From positions 1 to 44,248 of the forward strand of contig JALJEE010000439.1 of the NCBI GenBank assembly GCA_023231475.1: a DNA stretch of 44,248 bases, in the 5' to 3' direction. The position numbers and the translations under genes were made by a program. The stretch comes from Seison nebaliae (Eukaryota). The number at the start of each line of letters is the position of its first letter. Positions within the stretch are counted from its first letter, which is position 1. Below, piece by piece: positions 11,449 through 22,069 of the stretch. Under the pieces are notes generated by a model. That model saw only the letters and a program-made list of their open reading frames with translations. It searched no databases and was not told where the DNA came from.

Positions 11449-13143
11449 ATGGCTGACACTGTCTGTCAGTTGGAAAACTATCTAAAAAAATATGAAGCAT
11501 TTTTCGTCTATTCTAATCGGAAACTACTTTCTTTACATCCCCAATTGTTGGAGTCGGATGAAGAAAATGATTTGACACATTGCTTCCGTAATCTCGATCA
11601 TGGTCATAATCGAATTGGTCTTCAGTGTCTGTTAGAGGAGCTGTTAAGAATGTCGGCAAATTGTGAGAGATTCGATTGGATGAATGATGAACCTCCAGAA
11701 ACGATTTTAGGCAAAGCCGAAATTATGCAATTCGTTCGGAATGAATTCAATCCGTTCTTTTTAAGGAAAATGAGTGAGAAGAAGATTTATGAGACATTCG
11801 AATTTTCACATTTCCTCCTTGAAAATATTCCAATGGCAACTAATCGAACGATCATTTTTGATGTTGGTTGTGGTGTTGGTCATCTCGAGAGAATGTTGCG
11901 TTTACTGGAAAATCGGAAGAAGGATGAGCGAGAGATCATCTATTATGGAATAGATGGAAATGAAACGGAGACCAGAAAAGCTTCAGAAAATTTAGAGAAG
12001 ATGAAAGTGTATTTGGAAAAGAAGAGAGCGAAAGGAATTGGCAGTTTAACATTGGACGAGAAGAAAATGAATTCACATTTTATCCATCAATTTATTAGAG
12101 AGTGGAAGGAATTATACGATTTGATCATGAAAATTTATAATTCATATAAGGAAATTGACTTCGTTTATCTTGTCTCATTGCACGGATGTGGCGATTTGAC
12201 GAATTTTACAATTTTCGCTTTTAATCTATTGAATGCAAATGGATTGAACATTTCGTTAGGTGTTTTTCCTTGTTGTTATCACAAGATGACGAATGATATG
12301 GAATTATTAGACGAGACTTATTCAAAAGAATTAATCGAACACATACAAAACGATTTATTAGTGAACAGAAGTGGGAAGAATGAGATGATTCTTCCTCTCA
12401 AAAAGATGGAGTCGCTCAACTCTATGAAATTCTCATCAAACTTCTCCAACTTTCCAGTGAGTTCCCATTTCCAAAGAATAATTCCAAAAACTATCGACAT
12501 ATGGAACGAACCGACAACGTCAAATTCACCATCAATCGTCCAAGGCTTCTTTAATTATCCATCGTTCCGATTAGCTTGCCAAGAAAATTTATCGGAGAAA
12601 TTGAAGAAAACATATTTGGAACAATTGACTTATTCTGATAATAATTTATTGGAAGAAATGTTTCATAAGTTATTCGTTGAAAAGATGCTGAAAATTGTGG
12701 ATCGATTACTATTTCTTGTATTTCGATCATATATTGATTATGTGCTACTCAGTTGGAATGAGGAGAGAGTATTAAAATTAGAAAAATTAGAATCGAGATA
12801 TCTGGTAGGAAGATATGAGGATTATGTAGAGACGTTCTTTAAGAGGAATCATGGAATGAAACTCATTTTCAATGAGGATGAACGAAAAGAATTAACGGAA
12901 ATGTTTATTCAACAATTCCCGTTACCTATTAACTTTTATTCGATAATGAGTGAATGTGCCGCTTATCATATGCGACAAGATGCACTGCAGAAATGTTTGG
13001 AAGACTTGATATTGGAAGATCGTTTACAGTTAATTCGAGAAAAACTGATAAATGGAAATTATACAATAAAACGTGTAAGACTCTTCTTGCCCAGTGATTC
13101 GCCAAGAAACCAATGTCTTTTCGTTAGAAGAAACGATAAATGA
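11449..13143 (+). CDS. METTL25/METTL25B (RRNAD1)-family SAM-dependent methyltransferase, intronless
   Basis: RKMSEKKIYE, IIFDVGCGVGHL (SAM motif I), SLHGCGDLT, PCCYHKM, LEDLILEDR and LFLPSDSPRN. First in-frame ATG at 11449. Confidence 0.85.
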   Translation: MADTVCQLENYLKKYEAFFVYSNRKLLSLHPQLLESDEENDLTHCFRNLDHGHNRIGLQCLLEELLRMSANCERFDWMNDEPPETILGKAEIMQFVRNEFNPFFLRKMSEKKIYETFEFSHFLLENIPMATNRTIIFDVGCGVGHLERMLRLLENRKKDEREIIYYGIDGNETETRKASENLEKMKVYLEKKRAKGIGSLTLDEKKMNSHFIHQFIREWKELYDLIMKIYNSYKEIDFVYLVSLHGCGDLTNFTIFAFNLLNANGLNISLGVFPCCYHKMTNDMELLDETYSKELIEHIQNDLLVNRSGKNEMILPLKKMESLNSMKFSSNFSNFPVSSHFQRIIPKTIDIWNEPTTSNSPSIVQGFFNYPSFRLACQENLSEKLKKTYLEQLTYSDNNLLEEMFHKLFVEKMLKIVDRLLFLVFRSYIDYVLLSWNEERVLKLEKLESRYLVGRYEDYVETFFKRNHGMKLIFNEDERKELTEMFIQQFPLPINFYSIMSECAAYHMRQDALQKCLEDLILEDRLQLIREKLINGNYTIKRVRLFLPSDSPRNQCLFVRRNDK

Positions 13144-13171
13144 AAACGAATATTTTTGTGTGAGAAGGAAA

Positions 13172-14539
13172 TCAGTTCTTTAATCGAAAACGATTAGAAA
13201 AATTATTAAAAAATGAATTGAAGAAATTTGTTTGTTTGTTCATCACATTCTGTTCGTCATTTTTTTGTTGAGAAAGTTGAATAAATTGTTTACGACACGC
13301 ATCTCTGATGGCTGAACATAATTTAATAGAATTGTCTTCACAGCGAAATGCATGAGTGCGGAAAATGGACGAATTGTTCTCTTTATAAATAATTCCACAA
13401 AACTTCTCATTAATATCATAAATGCCAATGAAGGAGAGATGAATTAAATCGAATTTTAAAAGACAATTATCTTCCTCCTCATCATTCACTTCATCATCAT
13501 CATCATCATCATTGACCGTTTTATCGAAACAGAATTCATCGTCTTCATTGGAATGAGTACGAGTTGAAATGAAATCACTACTTGATGCTCGTGAATTGTA
13601 AAAACATGTCTCTTCTTCATTTTCATCATATTCGTCTATTCGAATTTGATGATTATTTAACACTAATGTTACATTCGGCCATTTATCTTCATTGACATTA
13701 TCGAGTAATTGACCAATTGCTGAATTGAGAACTTTCATTCCTCGATAATCATCCACAACTATCGATCCAACATATTGACAATTAAATGCGACTCCATTAT
13801 TCTTCAAAATGATAACATTTCGTTTCTCCATCGGCTTCTCATCGTCAAAAGGTGGAATTTGATCAAATGGATTAACCTTTTGAAATGCTTCACGATATTT
13901 CCAACACGCCTCTCTCATTGTGAGAGCGATCTCCTTCGCCATCAAATGACGTTCGTTATCCAGTTCATGATGACATCGAAATATGTGGCATTTATATTTC
14001 TGCAATTGATAATCTTTCACTATAATTCCAATGTCGAATTCGATGTCCAATGATCGTTTCATTAAATTTGATGATTTATTCAACGTTTGTTCCGATTTAG
14101 CCATATCACTAAATCGCGAATTGATCGTCCACAATTTAACGGCTTCAATCGAATAACGTTCCAACTCTTCATTCGTTTGAGAAGAAAGAGATATCTCTCT
14201 CTCATTTATCTTCAAAATCGTTTCCATTCCATGTTCACTTCCGCGACATTCGTACGACAAGTTTGGAAATGATTTAGAGGAGTTTGTCTTAAAATCATTA
14301 ATAGTCGACCGAATCAATCGATTGATCATTTTTTCATTCTGCAATTCACTCTTTTTCAAATATCGCCAGCCCAACGAAACGAGTTGAAATGTCTTTTCTA
14401 AATTTTCATTTTCACCACTCTCTACATTCTCCTCTGATGTCTTCTGTTGTTCTTCCGATATATTTATCAGTTTTTCCACATCCATCAAATAATTATTCGT
14501 GTCCATCAACGACAACTCATCGTTCGTACTCGACATTTT
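13172..14539 (-). CDS. Fe65/APBB-like adaptor with two PTB domains, intronless
   Basis: PTB1: FQLVSLGW...YKCHIFRC..AKEIALTMREAC. PTB2: FNCQYVGSIVVDDYRGMKVLNSAI...LSFIGI...FRTHAFRCE..LCSAIRDAC. First ATG (MSSTNDEL) at 14539. Confidence 0.82.
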   Translation of the reverse strand, partial: KMSSTNDELSLMDTNNYLMDVEKLINISEEQQKTSEENVESGENENLEKTFQLVSLGWRYLKKSELQNEKMINRLIRSTINDFKTNSSKSFPNLSYECRGSEHGMETILKINEREISLSSQTNEELERYSIEAVKLWTINSRFSDMAKSEQTLNKSSNLMKRSLDIEFDIGIIVKDYQLQKYKCHIFRCHHELDNERHLMAKEIALTMREACWKYREAFQKVNPFDQIPPFDDEKPMEKRNVIILKNNGVAFNCQYVGSIVVDDYRGMKVLNSAIGQLLDNVNEDKWPNVTLVLNNHQIRIDEYDENEEETCFYNSRASSSDFISTRTHSNEDDEFCFDKTVNDDDDDDEVNDEEEDNCLLKFDLIHLSFIGIYDINEKFCGIIYKENNSSIFRTHAFRCEDNSIKLCSAIRDACRKQFIQLSQQKNDEQNVMNKQTNFFNSFFNNFSNRFRLKN

Positions 14540-14899
14540 GCTCTTCTTTTCATTCACTTCATGCCTCACTAACAAGTGGATTTACTAAGTTTGGAGATAT
14601 TCCTTCCGCATTCCCCACTCACATCGTCCTCAAACCGCTCCTTCTCTATTTCAAATGATTAAAGTCTCTCGAATTTGAGGCCGATATCTATTAAATAATT
14701 AACTTTTAATTTTTATCCAAAGTTTTGTATTTGGTGATCAAATATGGAAAAAATCTGCATTTTCAATAATAACAGTTAACAATAACACTTAATTAAATGT
14801 TTATTATTTCCTCTTTTAAACTTTTACATTTTAATTCCATTATTTTCACATCCCTCCCAATTTTTTCAACTAATTTGAGAGTTGGCAGGTCGGGTAGTT

Positions 14900-15530
14900 C
14901 CCTTGTTAGATCAGCAACTGCACATGGTTGTGATAACTTTTGCGTAATGCTGGCTCAATTCACGATCGAGAATCTCGTTCCGAACATTTGTTCTTTCATC
15001 AACAATTGTCTGGCGAATTTGCGAATGATTTATTCCACTTTAGGATTGTCCCAATCCTCAAGATTTAAATAATGGATTCTCCTCTGGTTAGCTCTTTTCG
15101 TCCCATCTGTGTTAATTCGTTCTTCTCTCGGGCAATTCGAACGTGCAATTATAAGAAGATATCAGTTTGAAATTAATTCCTCCACACTTCAATGTGCTTA
15201 CAATAGAAACAACAGAGGATTACATCCTTGCGTGGCTATTGTGAGACCATTGATCTATTATCATAGAACAACGAACCGTCCTCTTCATATTTCGTTTGTC
15301 GATACATCAAGATCGTTTAACTCCATCGATGTACTTCCGGCTCTAAACTCTCTGCAATCTCGTGGAGTTCATCACTCGATAATATCGTTCATAAAAACTT
15401 TGTGCTCATCGTCATTCTGTTCGGTATCGGGGGAAAATCAACAGTCTGCTTTTTTCCAATTTATTCGAGGGGTAAATCAAGGCCTCTCCTTCCTCATCTT
15501 TCCAATGCTCAAAATAATGCCCGAATGCTA
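14900..15530 (+). mobile_element. Decayed LINE reverse transcriptase fragment
   Basis: AHGCDN (APGPDG-like), SSFRPICVNS (NYRPISL-like), LHISFVDTSRSFNSI (FVD.SKAFDSI) and RGVNQG, with frameshifts and stops. Confidence 0.8.
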
Positions 15531-15955
15531 GATCAAAATAAATTCAGTGAGTTATCGAAATTTCTGAACGGGACCACCTTGTACAATTATTAGAGTACTC
15601 TAACATTTCGTCATCAGTGAAAATCATCAGTTCGAATTGATCGTCTTAAGGTCTTAAGATTAAGAATTAAGATGATCTTAAGGCTTTACATAATTTCACT
15701 TTTAATTTTTTTTGTATTAAATCCTCGCATTCAAAGTTCTCTTGTAAGACAGTTTTTTAGATAAGCCTGTCATCTTACTGTTACTGTATATATGATATTA
15801 CTGTCATCTCGTTAGATAAAGAAAAAAGTATTATAATTTAATCTTTTGAGATTCGACACAAAGTATGGAACTTCATGAATCATCAATCCATATCGGGAAA
15901 GAATAAGGTTGTCCAAAGTTTGGTTGATACGATTGTAGATTTTAGAAATTGTTTA

Positions 15956-16797
15956 TTTAAAGAACAGATCAAATGACAAAATGTTCTTGATCATATTTTA
16001 AATTAGGATAAAAACTTTCATAGTAAAGAATTTTATTTCATAACACAAAATAAAAGAAATTAATTTTCAATAGTTTTAGGTATTAGGTATTTGACGAGTA
16101 AATATGAATAACGAAAACCATAAATTAAATTGATGATGAAATTCCATTAAGTATTTGTGGATTATTAATTTTCAGTTGGAACGATGTTCTGATGTTTCGA
16201 TGTTCCTTATTAATTTTCGTGAAATTTTTCAGGTCTTCTTACCGTATAAAGAGACAATGACACCACCCTGTTGGTGTCCAATCACTTGACCTCATACCAA
16301 TCCGTCCCGTTGATGGTGGTCTTTGTTCCTATCATCATTATAGACATTATTAGATATCATCTTCTATGAAAATAAATAATCAGATTTATCAAAGTTTTTG
16401 CATAAATCTAACCTGATGATATCCGTACCGACATATTCTCCCCTCAAATACCGATAAATTCTTCAAATTTCTGCATAAAATGATAATGTTAACAAAAATA
16501 TTTCATATTTTATTTATATTAACCTTCTCAAATTCTTCTGAAATCTTGTCGCCGGATCCATATTAACGACAGAAGGCTCACTGCCGTCAATAAATAGATC
16601 TCGCAAGTATAGACATATTCTATATATATTCCATTATGTCGAATTTTTTGTTGGAAATATTTATTTTGATGTTTTGCGCTTAAACTCCATTTAGTTTATA
16701 CTTGAGCTTGTAAGCGCAAACTTTTTCCACCGTTCAAAATTCAGTTGCATGTCGTGTCATTCAATTGTCAAGCAAAAATTTTTTTCCCTTCGAATAA
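15956..16797 (-). repeat. Copy 2 (inverted) of the ~830-bp repeat at 3721-4550
   Basis: Reverse complement aligns to copy 1 and keeps the same two introns (16471-16523 and 16364-16412, minus strand, GTT..AG). Confidence 0.92.
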
Positions 16798-17347
16798 TTA
16801 ATATTTTCGCCAGAGGAACAAATCGGTTTTTTACATCTTCTTTTTTCTCGATTGATGTCATCGATGTCAAATTTGGACTTGATTTGGATGAATTGAGCAA
16901 GAAAGAGAAAAAACACTTTTTACCTTCCTCTGCAATATAGAGATTACCTTCTAATATAAAGACTACAGACCCCTTCATGTGTTGTTGAACCACTCATAGA
17001 TTATATCGAGTAGGGAACCTTATCCTAGTTCTCTTTCACATTCAACTAAAATAACTTTAATGACTTCCAAAGTTGTAAAATAAAAAAAAACAAATATTTT
17101 GATCGAGATATGATGTTGAATTTCCAACATATTATCTCTAATACGGGTATTTAATAGGTTAAGACGTTATGTCTTCCTCTATGTATCATTAAATCATTAA
17201 AAAAAAAAGAGAAATTGAAATTTGAAATAAATTCAAATGAAATTCTTAGTTTATGAAATATAATAATTAAATTGCAATATTTATTCAGAACTTTATTTTT
17301 CTTACCAAACTTCATCTTATATATATGGAATTGATGTTGCGAAGACA

Positions 17348-18054
17348 ATGAGATTACCAAATTATATTTTAAAGAATTTCCGTTCTTTATCCCTCAATGC
17401 CAATATCAATTCGATTGAGCCAAAGCTGACATTATGGAAGCGCTTTAAACAAGCTTATAAACAACATGGAAAGTTAATTATAATAACTCATTGTGCGACG
17501 AGTGCTTTTTGGTTCACCAGTTTCTATACAATTTTTAGTAAGTTAGAATTATATTGAAAGATAATTTCATGATATGATTATTTAGTCAAGTCACAAGTCC
17601 AAGAAATGTCCTGAAAAGAATGGAAGCTCTCAACTATATAGAAGTGAGTACGGGTGATAAGATTCGTGGGACATTGGACCATTTTGATAGTGAAAAAATT
17701 CTGAAACTTACTCGAATTTATGATTATATGTCGGACGGGACGAAGGTCTTCCTCAAAACTTATTTACCTCAACCTAGAGTAGAAGCATTAGTGGGAATGT
17801 TCCTCTTATATAAAACGTTGACGCCATTACGATACGCGACAACTCTCGCTTGTTTCCGAGTTGTCTTACGATATTATAAGAAAAGTGGAAAAATGCCGAA
17901 ACATCCACCGAAAGGTGATTCGTTGAAAGAATTGGCAAGAGAATCGCGAGGAAGAATTCAAAGAAAATTTCATAATTTACATGATCGATGGAACTCTAAA
18001 CGTTTATTGAGACACGTAATTGCTAAGCAAAGATTAGGAAAGAAAATAAAATAA
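17348..18054 (+). CDS. FAM210 (DUF1279) family mitochondrial protein, 2 exons (intron probably 17542-17585)
   Basis: LWKRFKQAYKQHGKLIIITHCATSAFWF and FLLYKTLTPLRYATTL match FAM210A-type motifs; the N-terminus is basic and presequence-like. Confidence 0.85.
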
Positions 18055-18058
18055 GAAG

Positions 18059-21000
18059 TTATTTCAAGTCGTCGACGGCTAAAGGATCGAGAGAGATTGT
18101 TGATTTGTTTTGAGTCAATTGATAAAGGGTTTGGAGGACACATCTTGTCACTACATTGTGAATGACGAGTGTTGGAATTTTAAATTTATCATGAACCACT
18201 TCCACCAAATCGAGATATTCCGATTGTTTCCTGATGAGATCACGTAACTTTTTAAATATTTGAATTTCTTCTGCCAACGCTGCATTTCTTGTTTTCGATC
18301 GAGTTGAAGTAATTGTCGTCGTAGTAGTTGTAGTGGTGGTTGAAGATGATTTGCGATTATTGGTCGTTAAAAGAAGATAATCAATTCGAACACGACAACT
18401 CAATTCAAGTAGAAATGATTCCGGAATGTCTTCATTAATTCGAGGAAGATATGTCTGCCATTCACCAGTTCCATAATCGATTTTATGATGGACGGAACTC
18501 ATAATAGTTTTGGGAATAGCTGCATCTTTCAAACAAGCAATCTCTTTCAAAATTGCGATTCCATGACGTCGCGTATGACCACTATATAATTGACAACGGA
18601 TCGCCATCGATGTCGCTTCATCATAACGACCTTCACAGAAATAATAATCTGCTAAGAAATTAGCGGCGTATGAAATATTCTCTTCTAATTTTGTTAACTT
18701 CTTTGGATTTTGTTTTCTCTCATGTTTTCTCATTCGTTTCGAATATCGATTGAGTGTATTGAACGAATAATCAAGATGGAAATCGATTGATGAATCGGAC
18801 GATTCTGCCATATCATCCTCATGATGTCGTCGACGATTAGGACGAGTATGATGCAAATAACCTGAAGCGACACGATTGCGCATATAACTAATTTCAGTAG
18901 GTGATACATGATTCGTTCGGAGATTTGACGTATTATTTGAATCGTTTAAATTGAAATCGCTGTTTCCAATCGATCCTACTCGATAATTTCGACTTGAATT
19001 AAATTGATTAACTAAACGGAAATTATAATTTCGATCTTGACTATCTATTCCATGATAACTGATGGGATCTTGATTCAAATTGAGTTGATGACGATGACTC
19101 ATCATACCACCGTTACTAGTAACCAGTTCATGATGAAGATCATCATCAGCATCGTCTTCCTGATGAAGAACATGTACATCATCCATATCTTCATCATCTT
19201 CTATGTTATCGTCGTCGTCGTCATCATCGTCATCATCATCATCATCATCTCTTTCATCATCATCATCATCATCCATATCACGAACGTCATCGAGATGATT
19301 TATTTCTTGATCTGGAATGTCGCTCAATTCATTATCAATTGAATCATTCGATAATGGATCATCATTCAATCGAATTTCATCATCGTCATCATCGTCATCA
19401 TCATCTGTTAATAAATCGATGTCCATCAAATCTGTTTCATCACCTTCAACATCTTCTTCATCGATCATTTCATCCATATTCAAATTTCCGTAATGATCAT
19501 CTGATGGAAATTTTTGAATTTCTAATGGATATTTCACTTTCGTATCAACCGCTTTCTCCATTTTCTCTTCTTCCGTCATATTCATTTCTTCCAATTTTCG
19601 CTTCTCCATTATCATATCAGCAACTTTGAGAAATTCTGCAAAATTCAAAGCCGCTTCTCGTTGTTCACCAGTTTGTTCTTGACTTTTCGCCAAATGGAAA
19701 ATGAGATAAATATCCATAAAATGTGTAGATTTCATTTCTTTCAACACTTTCTCGTAATAATATTTAGCAGGAAGCATATAATTCATTCTCTCATAATAAT
19801 TACCTAATTGGTGAGTGATGGTCATATCATTCCTTCTCAAATTTAATGCTCTATGTAACATGGCTAACGCTAAAATTGATATTGAATTGGCATGACCGGC
19901 AGATACTCCAGAAACGTATCGTGGATCTGGTGCTCCAATCAATTTCTTATCTTCAATTGTGAATGTTCCTAAATTGGTGATTGAATTGGCAACAGTCGTA
20001 TGATTGGTTGGTGTCGTATTGGAAGTTCGATTAGAAGTGGAAGTAGCGACGTTTGATGATTCTTGATTCTTATATCGACTATTCATCGATTTCATTTCTT
20101 TTATCATTTGTTTAACTTCGTTGGAGAGACTGAGAACGAATTGACCAACAGGAACGAGACTGAGATCGAAAGCTTTCGCTATTCGTTTCATTGAATTTGA
20201 TTCGAATCGATTCAATCGAATAGCAGTTTGATGAACATTGATAGCAGCAGCTAAATATCCTGATTCTTGAAATGCAGTTCCCAATAAATACCATGCGAGT
20301 GATTCATTAGGATGAAGATTAATTGCTTTCAAAAGTGAATTGATCGCCATCTCTTTAGTAAGAATGGAGAAGATACATAATCGAACATATTCATAACACG
20401 ACGAATGTTCCAATGATTCTACAATATCCTGAATATCGTCGAATGATTCAGTCGCTAATTTCTGTTTAACTAAAGTTATCAATAATCGATGAGTTGTTGA
20501 TGTGACAGGAATATTTTTGAAAATATTTTGATATAACGAACAGAATAAAGTGATCAATGGATTATTGTCAACTTCAGCCGCCTTCGCTGCAAATATTGAG
20601 AGACATTCCGTATCGATTGGAATTCCATTATAATACCGATAAATTTCTAATAAATAATTCTCATTACGATACTCATCCAATTTCTCTTTTACTCCACCAT
20701 CAAACGATTCATCGTCTAGTTCATCGAATGCGAAAACGTTATCGATTTGTTTATCAAGATCTGATTCAGTCAATTTCGGTTGATAACATTCCACCAATTT
20801 CCTACTCCAAATATCATATGGCATAACAGCTTCTTTATGACGTACGGGCCAAAAACAAGTATTGACAGCACATTGAAATTCCCCGAAACATTTCTGCATT
20901 CGACCTAAAAATTTTAATGACGTATAATGTTTTGGCAATTGTCTCATTACATATAAAACATCATTTCGATCTCTCATCATCTGTTCCAACATTCGCCATA

Positions 21001-22069
21001 CCGTATGAAAATATGGTTGAACATGCAACGTTCTCAAACAATAAGTGATGGACATATTCCTGTCATTCGTTTGATGAGTAATCAATGCCAGAAGGAATAA
21101 CATGTAACTATTCTTCATTAATTTAACATCATCAATTGTCGAATTTTCCATTTCATTAATAATATGTTCTCTCATTCGTCTCAACCAATGTTTACTGAGT
21201 TGGAGACTTTCATTACCAAAAACGATTCCAGATAAAACGGCAGATATCCTAATAGATTCTTGTTGTTTTTCTAAGAATTCATCATTGGAATTTTGGAGGA
21301 ACGTAGGATGGAGATTAGAAATACATCGGAAATCATTCAATGTTGGATCATGACGACTATTTCCGTTGTTGTTCGATGCATGACCAGCTGAAGAAAGAAA
21401 ATTAAAATTGGTGGATGAATGAAGAGATGTGAGATGTTTCTGTTGGAATTGTGATGGATATTGACAGAGAGAATCATGAGAATGAAATGTTCGACCTAAA
21501 TATTCACTTCGTTTCAAAATGATGGATTGATATTCAATTTGATATTTAATTCGATAAAATAAATAATAAAAATATTGATTCTTCAGATAAATACTTTCCA
21601 ATAATCCATGTGCCGTTTGGAAATCATTCAATTTCAAATATTTTCTCACTTCCACATATCTCAAATACAAATCCATTTTACTCTCCATCACTCCTCCCAT
21701 TCTTCCAATATTCATTTCAATATTATTCTTCTCTTCCAAAATTTTAAATGGAAGATTCAATTCTTCTTTTCTTTCTTCAAATCGAATTTTTGTATGCCAA
21801 ATATCTTCTTTCATATCCATCAACTTATTTTTTATTCGAACAAACAACGTCAAACTTTCCAGCTGTTCTTCACACCATTTGACCGTTTCGACCGGAATTA
21901 AGAATTCTCCACTTTTAGATAAGAAATCACTGATACGACGTTTCTCCTCCCACCAATCCGTTTCGAATAAATTGAATGTGTCAGGATCGAAGAATTGGAA
22001 ATTATCTTTGGTAAAACACTTCGATCTTAGCCAATCACCATTCCCTACTGACGTAACTTCCAATTCCAT
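18059..22069 (-). CDS. CDC23: Highly expanded CDC23/APC8 (anaphase-promoting complex TPR subunit), single 1336-aa ORF
   Basis: Collinear APC8-like blocks: KWCEEQLESL; YMLFLLALI..LHVQPYFHTVWRML; KAINLHPNESLAWYLLG..AAINVHQTAIRLN; HRALNLRRND..LGNYYERM..AKYYY; LAKSQEQ..EAALNF; FLADYYF..YDEA..RRHGIAILKEI. Confidence 0.8.
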   Translation of the reverse strand: MELEVTSVGNGDWLRSKCFTKDNFQFFDPDTFNLFETDWWEEKRRISDFLSKSGEFLIPVETVKWCEEQLESLTLFVRIKNKLMDMKEDIWHTKIRFEERKEELNLPFKILEEKNNIEMNIGRMGGVMESKMDLYLRYVEVRKYLKLNDFQTAHGLLESIYLKNQYFYYLFYRIKYQIEYQSIILKRSEYLGRTFHSHDSLCQYPSQFQQKHLTSLHSSTNFNFLSSAGHASNNNGNSRHDPTLNDFRCISNLHPTFLQNSNDEFLEKQQESIRISAVLSGIVFGNESLQLSKHWLRRMREHIINEMENSTIDDVKLMKNSYMLFLLALITHQTNDRNMSITYCLRTLHVQPYFHTVWRMLEQMMRDRNDVLYVMRQLPKHYTSLKFLGRMQKCFGEFQCAVNTCFWPVRHKEAVMPYDIWSRKLVECYQPKLTESDLDKQIDNVFAFDELDDESFDGGVKEKLDEYRNENYLLEIYRYYNGIPIDTECLSIFAAKAAEVDNNPLITLFCSLYQNIFKNIPVTSTTHRLLITLVKQKLATESFDDIQDIVESLEHSSCYEYVRLCIFSILTKEMAINSLLKAINLHPNESLAWYLLGTAFQESGYLAAAINVHQTAIRLNRFESNSMKRIAKAFDLSLVPVGQFVLSLSNEVKQMIKEMKSMNSRYKNQESSNVATSTSNRTSNTTPTNHTTVANSITNLGTFTIEDKKLIGAPDPRYVSGVSAGHANSISILALAMLHRALNLRRNDMTITHQLGNYYERMNYMLPAKYYYEKVLKEMKSTHFMDIYLIFHLAKSQEQTGEQREAALNFAEFLKVADMIMEKRKLEEMNMTEEEKMEKAVDTKVKYPLEIQKFPSDDHYGNLNMDEMIDEEDVEGDETDLMDIDLLTDDDDDDDDDEIRLNDDPLSNDSIDNELSDIPDQEINHLDDVRDMDDDDDDERDDDDDDDDDDDDDDNIEDDEDMDDVHVLHQEDDADDDLHHELVTSNGGMMSHRHQLNLNQDPISYHGIDSQDRNYNFRLVNQFNSSRNYRVGSIGNSDFNLNDSNNTSNLRTNHVSPTEISYMRNRVASGYLHHTRPNRRRHHEDDMAESSDSSIDFHLDYSFNTLNRYSKRMRKHERKQNPKKLTKLEENISYAANFLADYYFCEGRYDEATSMAIRCQLYSGHTRRHGIAILKEIACLKDAAIPKTIMSSVHHKIDYGTGEWQTYLPRINEDIPESFLLELSCRVRIDYLLLTTNNRKSSSTTTTTTTTTITSTRSKTRNAALAEEIQIFKKLRDLIRKQSEYLDLVEVVHDKFKIPTLVIHNVVTRCVLQTLYQLTQNKSTISLDPLAVDDLK
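19130..19405. repeat. (TCA/TCG)n trinucleotide tracts encoding poly-Asp within CDC23
   Basis: Long runs of tcatcatca/tcgtcg on the plus strand, which read as GAT/GAC codons on the minus strand. Confidence 0.9.

Noticed and set aside
16410..16440. CTGATGA in repeat copy 2 as a hammerhead ribozyme core (Penelope/Terminon-like)
   Set aside because: No stem II followed by GAAA, and the motif is not conserved in copy 1.
19037..21901. Plus-strand ORFs antisense to CDC23 (and similar shadow ORFs over TASP1, RPA1, FAN1, FDFT1)
   Set aside because: Low-complexity antisense shadows of real genes, with no independent motifs.
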